Positions 32,912 to 42,599 of a stretch of DNA of 64,000 bases are shown here, piece by piece (the first letter of the stretch is position 1; each line of letters begins with the position of its first letter). The notes beneath the pieces are model-generated. The model was given only the letters and a program-made list of their open reading frames with translations, did not search any database and was not told the DNA's origin. The translations under genes were made by a program, and so were the position numbers. Origin of the DNA: Candidatus Hodarchaeota archaeon (lineage in GTDB: Archaea; Asgardarchaeota; Lokiarchaeia; Sigyniarchaeales; SOKP01); the NCBI GenBank assembly GCA_048886685.1, contig JBHLKM010000015.1, positions 49,073-113,072 on the forward strand, read 5' to 3'.

Positions 32912-34423
32912 ATGGATGTCGAAGAAAAGCTAAAACTAATGAAAATCCTGTTTAATCCGAAAAATGTTGCTCTTATAGGAGCAACTAATAAGCCAAAAAT
33001 CGGGTTTATGGTAGGAATGAGTATGCTAGGTTGTGGATTTACAAAAAAGATTTTTCCTATCAATCCAAGTCCAAGTTATAATAACAAGAAAATATTAGGA
33101 TTCAAGGTTTTTCCTTCTCTCGATAAATGTCCAGAACAAATTGATTTAGTTGGAATTGTTGTTCCCCCAAATGCAGTGGTAGATGCGGTAAAACAGGCAA
33201 TAGAAAATGATGTTAAAACAGCAGCAATAATTACGGCTGGATTTGGGGAAGTAAAAACGGAGGAAAGACAACAAGAAAACCAGGAATTGGTTAAAATTGC
33301 TGACAAAGGTGGATTAATCTTTATTGGTCCAAATTCGATGGGATTTTATTCATCTGAAGATAAAAATTCTCCTTTACATTTAGGTTTTGGATTTATGCTC
33401 CCAAAACCAGGTAAAATCTCTATCGTTTCTCAGTCAGGAACAATGGGTACAATTCTATGTGAGGCATTACAAAGAATTAGATATTTCGTTTCAAGTGGGA
33501 ATGAAGCTTCTTTAACCCTTGAAGATTATCTACAATATTATGCTCACGACGAGGAAACGAATACAATTGCACTTTTTGCTGAAGGGTTACGTGCGGGTAA
33601 ACGATTTAAGGAAATATGTACAGAAACAACTAAAACAAAACCTATTGTTATTCTCAAAGCAGGTATTACTAAAACAGGGGCAAGAGCAGCTAATAGTCAC
33701 ACAGGCTCAATTGCCGGTGCATTAGATATAAATAAATCCGTTTTTAAGCAAACGGGGGTAATATATACCGAACTAGTATCGGAATTCATCTATCTAGTCA
33801 AGGGAGCACATTACCTTCTCCCACTTCCTACCAGTGATCCTCTACGAGCTGGCATAATTAGTGGTGGAGGTGGTATGGGAGTACATTTAACTGATCTATG
33901 TGAAAAACATGGAATCAAGGTTGTTGACTTGAATTTAGAACCAAATGGACCTAAACTTATTAAGGATATTTCAGCGCACCTCCCTTTCTATTGGAGTCAA
34001 AATAATCCCATTGACATGGTAGCTACAAGAAATCCTACGGCTTTTCGAAATGTAATGGATCTAATGTTAAATTCTGACTGTTTTGATGTAATCTTTACGA
34101 TGACTTCTGCCACATTTCTCGAAAGGATAAATATGTTGAAACCTGATAATGAATATGGAAAAAAGATGAAAGAAAGCATGTTAATGATGCGAAATAACCA
34201 ATTTAGTCAAATAGCAGATTATGAAATTAAAATATGCCGTGAACATCCTGATAAAAAGATATTATATGTTTCACTAACGCCTACCCTTGATAATCCCATT
34301 TTTGATAAATATGATGAAAATCAAATCATGGTGTTTGGTGGGAATCTTGATACTGCAGCCATCGTATTGAGAAAGCTTCATGACTATCAAAAGTATATTA
34401 ATCATTTCAATAGTAAAAAATAA
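32912..34423 (+). CDS. NDP-forming acyl-CoA synthetase, alpha-type subunit
   Basis: LFNPKNVALIGA, GPNSMG, SQSG, AANSHTGSIAG phospho-His loop. Confidence 0.9.
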   Translation: MDVEEKLKLMKILFNPKNVALIGATNKPKIGFMVGMSMLGCGFTKKIFPINPSPSYNNKKILGFKVFPSLDKCPEQIDLVGIVVPPNAVVDAVKQAIENDVKTAAIITAGFGEVKTEERQQENQELVKIADKGGLIFIGPNSMGFYSSEDKNSPLHLGFGFMLPKPGKISIVSQSGTMGTILCEALQRIRYFVSSGNEASLTLEDYLQYYAHDEETNTIALFAEGLRAGKRFKEICTETTKTKPIVILKAGITKTGARAANSHTGSIAGALDINKSVFKQTGVIYTELVSEFIYLVKGAHYLLPLPTSDPLRAGIISGGGGMGVHLTDLCEKHGIKVVDLNLEPNGPKLIKDISAHLPFYWSQNNPIDMVATRNPTAFRNVMDLMLNSDCFDVIFTMTSATFLERINMLKPDNEYGKKMKESMLMMRNNQFSQIADYEIKICREHPDKKILYVSLTPTLDNPIFDKYDENQIMVFGGNLDTAAIVLRKLHDYQKYINHFNSKK

Positions 34424-34524
34424 ACTCCACACATCTAACTTTAACCGATTTTACAAACGAGAAAGGAGTAAACTTGAAACTTCCTGATATTATTCAAAAT
34501 TCATTACTTATTTTGAGAATAACT

Positions 34525-34818
34525 TTACTTCAATTCCTGAACTAATTCAAGAAAATTTGCATATGGAATAGCCGTCCAACTTTCTGCAAAAGTGGCTCCT
34601 GCCGAGCGAGAAAGTAAGGATACTTTTGCCGCGTCTTGTTCATTTTTTACTTCAAAAATGTCAAGAAAATCGTAGGGACCAAGAATCGCATAATGTGCGA
34701 TCCATTTTATATCTGGTACCTTTTCTCTGACTAATTTTAACCATTTTTCACCTTGATCTTTCCTTTTTTCTACTAAGTCAGGATTTTGGAGTTTTGTTAC
34801 GAGTATATATATAGGCAT
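34525..34818 (-). CDS. GYD-domain protein
   Basis: YAILGPYDFLDIFE. Confidence 0.85.
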   Translation of the reverse strand: MPIYILVTKLQNPDLVEKRKDQGEKWLKLVREKVPDIKWIAHYAILGPYDFLDIFEVKNEQDAAKVSLLSRSAGATFAESWTAIPYANFLELVQELK

Positions 34819-35086
34819 AAAGAAGAAAATAATAATTGAAAATTTAAATCTTATTAATGCAAAAAGTTACGAATTTCGGTAGATTCAGCTATAAATAATC
34901 TGAGTTTTACATCTACATTATTATGAATTAAGAACACATTGGTGAAGATAACTGGAATCTAATTTTACCCTAAAAAAACGAGATTTACGATTTCAAGATA
35001 TATTATTGACTAAAAGTAATAAAAATTGTGACCTCAACTGTTATTTTTAAAATTATAAAAAAAAATATTGAATAAAAAAATCTTAC

Positions 35087-35479
35087 TTATATAATTACTT
35101 GTAAACCCAAAGCCTCGCGAGCTTTTTCTATGTTATCAACTCCAATAACAATTCTGTTATTCTCAGCCAAGTAAATTAAATCAATATTTATACCGGCTTT
35201 ACCAATTTTTCGGGCCATCTTCCCCCCTGTGCCGGGTTTTCCTGCGATATGACCGATATCCAAAACTAACACTTCACGTACAGCACGTACTTCAAAACCT
35301 TCATTTTCGAGTACCCATTTGGTTGTAGTTTCATCTTCAACCAAAATATGGATGATCCCTTCATCATTTAGAGGAAATCCACATAATCCTTCCATATTAA
35401 TGCCATTTTTGCCTAGAACTTCCCCCATATCAGCTAACATCCCCGGCTGATTTTTCAAAATTACTGTTAAATCTCTCAT
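35087..35479 (-). CDS. Tandem ACT-domain protein
   Basis: NQPGMLA…GINM and KPGTGG…GINIDLIY. Confidence 0.85.
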   Translation of the reverse strand: MRDLTVILKNQPGMLADMGEVLGKNGINMEGLCGFPLNDEGIIHILVEDETTTKWVLENEGFEVRAVREVLVLDIGHIAGKPGTGGKMARKIGKAGINIDLIYLAENNRIVIGVDNIEKAREALGLQVII

Positions 35480-35666
35480 TATATTATTCCTCCTTTTTTT
35501 ATATTTGCTGTTTTTTAAATTGAACCTTATTTTGTAGTAATTTTAAAATTATTAGATTTTATACCAATGTTAAATTAAGACTTTTCTCTATTTAAGCTTT
35601 CTTTTGATATTTTTTTATAGATCAAAGCTAGAAAAGAGAAAAAATTCTCTTACTAATGAAGAAAAC

Positions 35667-36167
35667 TCAGATATTTGAAGAATATATCTTTTTTACGTAC
35701 GATCTCAACGTTTCAATATCTTCAAAATAGAATAAGGTTTCCTCCTCTTTAAAAAAAGGTGTTAATAATCCTCCTCTCTTTAGGACCTCAGTAATTTCCA
35801 CATCTTTTTGTACGAATACCTTTGTTTTGTTAAGAAATTCTTTAAAGGAGAGTATTATTCCCATTTCAATCATGTGACCTCCTTTATCATGTTCTATAAC
35901 CATAATTATCTCATTCGAAAATTTTGCTATAAGATCAAATTTTAAAATCAAATTCTCAAGGTGGGTACGTCTAAATTCTTTTTCAAAAAATCCAAGGTTA
36001 TTTTCAATATTATTCACAATCTTTTGTACTTCCTGAAGAGTAACGAAAGTGTCTTCACTGTACGAACCACATATAAAGATCTTATTTTTCCTCAAATCGT
36101 AAACTGAAAAAATGTTAGTAAATTCATCTAAAAAGTCATCCCACGCACTATCATGCGAAACTTGCAT
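35667..36167 (-). CDS. Hypothetical protein, possible nucleoside deoxyribosyltransferase/TIR-like fold
   Basis: KIFICGSY…IIMVIEHDKGGHMIEMG pattern. Confidence 0.55.
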   Translation of the reverse strand: MQVSHDSAWDDFLDEFTNIFSVYDLRKNKIFICGSYSEDTFVTLQEVQKIVNNIENNLGFFEKEFRRTHLENLILKFDLIAKFSNEIIMVIEHDKGGHMIEMGIILSFKEFLNKTKVFVQKDVEITEVLKRGGLLTPFFKEEETLFYFEDIETLRSYVKKIYSSNI

Positions 36168-36292
36168 TCTCTATCCCCAATAGATATAAAATAATTTAGG
36201 AATTCAGTTATACTATAAAATATTATATATCAATAGTAATTGACTCATTTAATTTTGAGTTAGATTTAAATATATGATTATCCATATTTAGT

Positions 36293-36682
36293 ATGGAATT
36301 AGAGGAAAAAGTAAATATAAATATGTGGGGGGTAAATGATTTGAAAACTCCAAAAAAATATGAAAATATGAGGAAGGAATTAGAAATTATATCCGAGAAG
36401 ACAAGGTATAAGATACTGCTTACGTTATTAGCCAGTGAGGAATCTCTCTCGTTCAGTCGGTTAAGGGAGTTATTACCTTCTATTCCAGAGAATACCTTAA
36501 ATTATCACCTCAAGATTCTAAAAGAGAATGACTTTATTAAGAATGAGAAAAAATTAGAATATAAACGCTCCGAACCTCGTTCTTTTTATTCTCTTAGTAA
36601 AAAATCGATTAACTTACTTGAAACTCTAGGATTGACAGCTGTAAGGGAAGAGTTTAGAGCTCTATTCAAGCAAATGACATAA
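36293..36682 (+). CDS. ArsR-family winged-helix regulator
   Basis: TRYKILLTL, LSFSRL…TLNYHLKILKE. Confidence 0.85.
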   Translation: MELEEKVNINMWGVNDLKTPKKYENMRKELEIISEKTRYKILLTLLASEESLSFSRLRELLPSIPENTLNYHLKILKENDFIKNEKKLEYKRSEPRSFYSLSKKSINLLETLGLTAVREEFRALFKQMT

Positions 36683-36838
36683 AGAACATATCTCTTATCC
36701 AGTTTTCTACATACATAGCTTATTGAGACATTATAGCGAAGGGCTGTGCTAATCACCTTCTTTTTTCTCTTCTTAGCTCTAAGAATATGATTTGCTTAAA
36801 TATTATAAATATTTAAAAGAGTTTAAATTATCAACGTT

Positions 36839-37375
36839 GTGTTTGCCAATATCAAACCTTCAATTAGACAACCACTTATTATTTATGGCACTGGGATGAT
36901 ACTAATTATCCTTTCTATAATTTTTTTTTCCCTCAGAGGGTATCCTTTAGTTACTACTGCTACTGAGACATTAAATATTGATACTCCTCCGTTGTACATG
37001 ATTCCCATATTTCTTCCTTATGGGATTTTATTAGGAGAGGTTATTTGGATGTGGAATGAAAAACAGAAAAGAATTACCTACATCTTATTATTCATTGAAA
37101 GTGTGGCATTAGGAATATTCTCTTTGATTAGATACATTATTGGGATTCCATTTAGCGGTCACGCAATTCTATTATTCTTTTATCTCCCTCATCAAGCGAT
37201 AAACAATAGATTTCAGTATCCATTAAGGTTTCTAATTGGTATAACAGTTCTTATTATTACAGGATATTACAAAATTTTTCTGTGGAATGACCCTACTACT
37301 TTCCTATTAGGAGCTGTATTAGGAGTCATTTTATGGGTTCCTGGTTTTTTTTATCGTTTAAGAAAAGCTGAATAA
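36839..37375 (+). CDS. Hypothetical membrane protein
   Basis: About six hydrophobic segments; PFSGH motif. Confidence 0.7.
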   Translation: MFANIKPSIRQPLIIYGTGMILIILSIIFFSLRGYPLVTTATETLNIDTPPLYMIPIFLPYGILLGEVIWMWNEKQKRITYILLFIESVALGIFSLIRYIIGIPFSGHAILLFFYLPHQAINNRFQYPLRFLIGITVLIITGYYKIFLWNDPTTFLLGAVLGVILWVPGFFYRLRKAE

Positions 37376-37403
37376 AAATTTTACGTAGATAGAGAAGTTG
37401 TTT

Positions 37404-37445
37404 AAAATCTTAGCTCAAGGACGTATTTCTTCCCTCTTCATCCCA
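37404..37445. repeat. Repeat B remnant (degenerate copy of the 23S trailer)
   Basis: aaaatcttagctcaaggacgtatttcttccctcttcatccca resembles 63807-63847 aaaatcaaagctcaagaacatactccttcctactcatccca. Confidence 0.6.
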
Positions 37446-37473
37446 GTTCATATTAAAAATCCTCCAAATTAAG

Positions 37474-38697
37474 TCATGGACCTATATGACCCCTTTCTGT
37501 TTGAACAATAACCTTCTTTAAACCTGCCCCTTCTAAAACATTTTTTACTTTCAGCATTTCATCAATACTAGGTCTTTTTATCTCTTGATTACGAAAAATA
37601 GGACGATAATCGAGTACGGAAACCTGAATATTACGGTCAATTTGGCTTAATTTCACGCCCCATTGATGGATTTGATCAAAGCCTGGATAAAAAGACTTAT
37701 TGTAGGGTAGTCCTATGCCCACAAAAATTTTATCTGGATAATATTGATCTACGATATACTTCACAGCTGACCATGCATTACTCATGTAAGTTTTCACAAG
37801 TTCCATGTCAGAGATCCCAGTTATTTTTGAAAAAATTTCCTCATCATGAGACTTCAAATCTGGACCTATATCCGTAATTCCTGCGTTTATTAGGTCATCA
37901 ATATAATCTTTTGTTAGAAGGCTTGCATTTGTATCCAAGTGCAACCTTGCTTTTGGATCTTCATTTAGAGTTTTTAAATCCTCAAAAAATTGAATCAACC
38001 ATTTCCTATTGAGAGTAGGTTCCCCTCCAGAAATCGCCATTCGATCCACTTTATAATTTTTTCGAACCATTGTTAATTGTGCTGCTGCTTGGATAGGAGT
38101 CATTAATGTAATTTTAGAGTTATATGTGGTTGTAAAATTCTGACATGTAGCACAGCGAAAATTGCATCCCGCAGTAAAACACGCAACCTCAATATAAATA
38201 CCTTTTTTCTTTAATTGCCATGGTGTCCCCACACCGCCTACTGAATGTGGTTGGAAACCTTGAACACGTCTTAAAGGCTCAACATTTCTAGGAATAGAAG
38301 TTTGTATGTTTATACCCTTTTTAAGACCAGAATGGCATGCAGCTGTCATTTTTCCGTTTACTAAAACAGCACATGCATAACATCCTCCTGTTTCACAAGG
38401 AGCAAAAATCCCCTTTTTTGTTGGATCCTTTGTAAATGTATAACCTGCTTTAATTAGAGCTTCTTTAATAGTAATCTCCTGCGGAACTTTGAGTTTCTTG
38501 TGGTTTACAATGATTTTAACATTATCCTTCGAAATTTCAGAAATTTCATTGAATGCCATGGAAGGACATGCCGTATAACATGCTCCACAACCAATGCACG
38601 TTCCCTTACTGGGACATTGAATTATTCTAGAACAAATACCACAATTTTGGCAGATATCATCATTTTTTCTAAATTTTACTATTTCTTGATCAACCAT
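37474..38697 (-). CDS. Radical SAM protein (PflA-like) with N-terminal 4Fe-4S and 2Fe-2S-type domains
   Basis: CQNCGIC, CIGCGACYTACP, CETGGCYAC, GCNFRCATCQN, SGGEP. Confidence 0.88.
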   Translation of the reverse strand: MVDQEIVKFRKNDDICQNCGICSRIIQCPSKGTCIGCGACYTACPSMAFNEISEISKDNVKIIVNHKKLKVPQEITIKEALIKAGYTFTKDPTKKGIFAPCETGGCYACAVLVNGKMTAACHSGLKKGINIQTSIPRNVEPLRRVQGFQPHSVGGVGTPWQLKKKGIYIEVACFTAGCNFRCATCQNFTTTYNSKITLMTPIQAAAQLTMVRKNYKVDRMAISGGEPTLNRKWLIQFFEDLKTLNEDPKARLHLDTNASLLTKDYIDDLINAGITDIGPDLKSHDEEIFSKITGISDMELVKTYMSNAWSAVKYIVDQYYPDKIFVGIGLPYNKSFYPGFDQIHQWGVKLSQIDRNIQVSVLDYRPIFRNQEIKRPSIDEMLKVKNVLEGAGLKKVIVQTERGHIGP

Positions 38698-38906
38698 TTA
38701 TTATTCCACTTTAATAGTCACCAATCCAAGAAAAACCTAATATTTTCTTGTCTTTTAACTATTCAAGAATTGCTCTTATAAATATGATTACAGCTATTCA
38801 GGTTTCAATTTAAATAATTAAACATAACTTCATTAGGTCTGATTCATGTTTATTTAATTAATCAAGTTATTTGTATACATTGAATTTCTTAAAAAAGATT
38901 CAATAG

Positions 38907-39935
38907 ATGTTCATAAAAAAAATTACTTATCCAGAATTTGACCACTGTGAGTTATGTGAGTGGCGGTGTGGGGTAAATAGAAATAAAGGAGATTTAGGTG
39001 TGTGTAGAATCCGTACTCCTATTGTTGCAAGTTGCCAATTACATCCTGCCCCACCTCAATCATATACGATATTTTTAGCCGGTTGTAATTTTAGATGCTT
39101 AAACTGCCAAAACTTTTCAATTGCGCATTATCCAGACCAACCCGACGTGTTAAGAGGTTGGATAGAGCCTAAGAAACTAGCTGAAGAAGCTTTAAAGCAG
39201 ATGAACTCTCCTTTCGGAAGATTGATAAATGCTGATTATATTTTTTTTAGCGGAGGTGCTCCAACACCATCACTTCCTTATGTTATTGAGATTATAAAAG
39301 AAGCCCGAAAACTTCAACCAAAGGTAAAAGTTAATTATGACACTAACGGCTATATGACAATTGAGTCTCTTGAAAAAATCGCTAATTTAACAACTACATT
39401 TACTTATGATATTAAAGCTTTCTATCCTGAAACTTTTTCAGCTTTAACAGGGGCAAAGATAGAGCCAGTTTTAAGAAACGCTGAAATTTTAATCTCAAGG
39501 TGGAAAGAAAAAATCTGGGAATTCCGTATTTTAGCAATTCCTGAAATTGTTGAAAAAGACGAAATAAAAGCATTATCAAAATTCATTGCGAAGCTTGATT
39601 TTACTGTTCCAGTAAGTTTTCTTACATTTCGACCTAATTTTATTTTGGATGATCATATGGGAGCAATGACTGAATTCATGAAAGATATGGTTGAAACTGC
39701 CAGGAATGCTGGGTTATCAAATGTTACCTGGGCAGGACATGCTGGAATATCTGGTAAAATAATTAAAATTAACAATGAAGATGAAAATTTAAAAAATTTG
39801 AGAATTGAAAACGCAAAAATCGCATCAGCCTATGCAATCACACACGGATGTAAAACAATACCCCGGAATTGTAAAAAATGTTTCTATACTCATAACTGTC
39901 AAATAAAAAAATACCACCCTAAGAGAATTACATAG
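38907..39935 (+). CDS. Radical SAM protein (PflX/PflA-like)
   Basis: CELCEWRCGVNR, GCNFRCLNCQN, YDTNGY, C-terminal Cys cluster. Confidence 0.88.
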   Translation: MFIKKITYPEFDHCELCEWRCGVNRNKGDLGVCRIRTPIVASCQLHPAPPQSYTIFLAGCNFRCLNCQNFSIAHYPDQPDVLRGWIEPKKLAEEALKQMNSPFGRLINADYIFFSGGAPTPSLPYVIEIIKEARKLQPKVKVNYDTNGYMTIESLEKIANLTTTFTYDIKAFYPETFSALTGAKIEPVLRNAEILISRWKEKIWEFRILAIPEIVEKDEIKALSKFIAKLDFTVPVSFLTFRPNFILDDHMGAMTEFMKDMVETARNAGLSNVTWAGHAGISGKIIKINNEDENLKNLRIENAKIASAYAITHGCKTIPRNCKKCFYTHNCQIKKYHPKRIT

Positions 39936-40107
39936 CCTATGAGTACAACTCCATAACATCATTCACCCGAATAGCATCTACTTAATTAAAATATTGTTCA
40001 ATATTTAGCTTAGAAAAGAAACAAAAATTTGAAAATTAGAACATTTGGCTTGAATTAAAAGAAGATTAAGTAGAGAAAATCCCAATCTTTTTACTTTCTA
40101 CATCGTC

Positions 40108-40135
40108 TTTTCAAAGGAATTTTCATTGAAATCAG
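40108..40135 (+). repeat. Repeat A copy 1 (left part only)
   Basis: ttttcaaaggaattttcattgaaatcag. Confidence 0.85.
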
Positions 40136-40630
40136 GCTAAAAAATAAGCAGGGTGAGTTCGTCATCGCGAAAGATAGCTTAGAGGTAAACAAACCATTGA
40201 AAATAGAAACCTAAAGGGTGTGAAAGCTAAATCTTAATAAGGATATTCAACTATCTTAGTGTGAATATCTAAAGGTGAATCCAATATTCCCTGTTTTTTT
40301 AGAAAAGTAAGAATTAGAGAATTACTGCAAACCCTTGTGGATATCTCCCAAGAACAAATCTATCAAGAGCTTCTTAAGGAAAAAAGCGATAAGGAGCTTC
40401 ATGAAATGGACGAAAATGAGCTAATATTCTTAATTCTTGAGGTGTTAAAACGATTAGAAAAGAAAAAGATGAAAAAGGAAGTTAAATTAATTTATATTTA
40501 GCCATAATCACAATTGTTCTACTTCTGCTCGTTTCATGTTCTCTCACTTCCCAGTAAAAATTCTACGAGATATTTAAATGTCTCCTTCACATTCTCTCTA
40601 AACTATTGAATACTGTTTAGTTTTTCCATT

Positions 40631-40667
40631 GAATTTTCATTGAAATCAGAAGCTGAATTTACTTTCA
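40631..40667 (+). repeat. Repeat A copy 2
   Basis: gaattttcattgaaatcagaagctgaatttactttca. Confidence 0.9.
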
Positions 40668-40766
40668 TGAATATTTTTTTTGATAGATCCCTAGATTAAA
40701 TAAAACAGAATAAGATAAGATTTAAAAAAAAAATAGTTTGATGGTTAAGAATATCAATTAAATTAT

Positions 40767-40785
40767 TACTTGATATTGTCAAGTA
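40767..40785. promoter_or_regulatory. Inverted repeat TACTTGA-N5-TCAAGTA, candidate MarR operator
   Basis: Perfect 7-bp arms just upstream of the MarR-GNAT gene. Confidence 0.55.
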
Positions 40786-40790
40786 TTTAA

Positions 40791-41774
40791 TTGCCAAAGT
40801 CAAACTTTATATTAGCAAATACATTTATTAAAAATCGATTGATGAAGATTAATCTAGAAAGAATAGGAAAAATTAGAAGTTTCAATCGTTTTTATACAAA
40901 TTTACTTGGACTTTTAGATAAGACTCTACTTAAAAGTGTATATTCTCTAACTGAAGTGAGAATAATGTTTGAACTTAACCGCTTATCAATCTCCACTGCA
41001 AGTGAACTTGTAAAAATACTTAATTTAGATGCAGCTTATCTTAGCCGAATATTACGCAAATTTGAAAAAAAATATATCGTTCAAAAAGAGCGATCGAGTA
41101 AAGATATGCGTAAACAACTAATTTCCCTTACCAATAAAGGAAAAAAGATAATTTCAGAACTAAAGGAAAAAGCAAATGAGCAGATTAAAACTTTGCTTGA
41201 GGATCTAGCAGAAGAAGATCAATATCGATTAGTTAATGCGATGAAAAATATTGAAAGAATTTTACAGAGTGAAAAGAAAAAGTCAATGTTTTATACTATA
41301 AGGTCTTACAAACCAGGTGATATTGGATATATTATTTATCGACATGGAGTAGTTTATGCAAATGAATATCAGCTTGATGCAACGTTTGAAGCTTATGTAG
41401 CTAAATATATGGCAGAATTTATTGAAAAATATGATCCAGCTAAAGAAAATATGTGGATTGTTGAAAACGAAAGTGAGATCATTGGTTCAATTGCCATTGC
41501 GAAAGTGAATGAAAAAATCGCTCAATTGCGTTGGCTTCTTGTTGAACCCCATGAACGAAATAAAGGAATTGGTAAAAAACTAATATACGAAGCTCTTAAT
41601 TTTTGTAAGAATCATGATTATGAAAAAGTGATATTAGGGACTTTTAGCGACCTTATCATAGCCCGGCACTTATATAGAAAGAATGACTTTAAATTGATCG
41701 AATCTAAAACTCATTATATATGGGGACAAAATATAACTGAAGAAGATTGGGAGTTAAAACTCCGTACAAAATAA
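40791..41774 (+). CDS. MarR-GNAT bifunctional regulator/acetyltransferase
   Basis: IRSFNRFYT…LDAAYLSRIL wHTH and AQLRWLLVEP…GIGKKL; probable real start is ATG 40842. Confidence 0.92.
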   Translation: MPKSNFILANTFIKNRLMKINLERIGKIRSFNRFYTNLLGLLDKTLLKSVYSLTEVRIMFELNRLSISTASELVKILNLDAAYLSRILRKFEKKYIVQKERSSKDMRKQLISLTNKGKKIISELKEKANEQIKTLLEDLAEEDQYRLVNAMKNIERILQSEKKKSMFYTIRSYKPGDIGYIIYRHGVVYANEYQLDATFEAYVAKYMAEFIEKYDPAKENMWIVENESEIIGSIAIAKVNEKIAQLRWLLVEPHERNKGIGKKLIYEALNFCKNHDYEKVILGTFSDLIIARHLYRKNDFKLIESKTHYIWGQNITEEDWELKLRTK

Positions 41775-41946
41775 AAAATTATTATTAAAACGGTTAGTCA
41801 ATCTGATTTTTATTTTCTACTAATTCATAACTACGCCTTTCACAGAATCTCTGACTTTCGTATAAAAATCCAGAGTTTTTGATAAACACTTAATGTATAT
41901 AAAAAAATATGATTCTTAACTACATTAAATCCATTTATAATGATCT

Positions 41947-42105
41947 ATGAAAATTGTATTATACAAGGACTATTTTGAGAAATATTGGAAGAAAAAAGAA
42001 ATTGAAATCAACTTTAAAGGATCAGGAACAGAAAAAGACCCGATTCTAATCGAAACATCAAAAAATGAAGGAAACCTTCTTTGCTATAGTTTCTTTCATC
42101 TTTGA
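41947..42105 (+). pseudogene. 3'-truncated gene remnant (GSGTEKDPILIE motif)
   Basis: Manual translation MKIVLYKDYFEKYWKKKEIEINFKGSGTEKDPILIETS…stop; ends 28 nt before repeat A3. Confidence 0.55.
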
Positions 42106-42132
42106 TTGATTATTTATCCAAAAATTTATATA

Positions 42133-42168
42133 AATTTTCATTGAACTCAGACGCTGAATTTACCATTC
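42133..42168 (+). repeat. Repeat A copy 3
   Basis: aattttcattgaactcagacgctgaatttaccattc. Confidence 0.9.
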
Positions 42169-42599
42169 GAGAAGTAGACTTTTTAAGCAAAAATTTTTAT
42201 TTAAAAATTCTTAAAAAAAATATTCGTCAATACTGAAAATGAACTCATCCTTCTATCATAAGGATAAGGAATCTATAATTCGTAAACTTTTTTAATTTTA
42301 TGATACTGTTTAGATATTCGATGGAATTATAATCGATTCAAAGCAATTTGGGACATAATTTAGTAAGGTTATCTGCTATTCCTATTAGCGAACAATCTTA
42401 TATCCCAATATTAAAAATTTCTCTCTCTTTTTGTTCTAAATCCTACAATTTCCCTCTTAATATAAATAAATTTATTAAAGTTGTTAATCTTTATTTTTAA
42501 GAATAAGAGTATATTACAACCATTTATATAAGAATTTTATATAGGTTCCATCAAAAATTCAAAATTTTCTAAATGAAAATTATGTAGAAGGAAACAATT

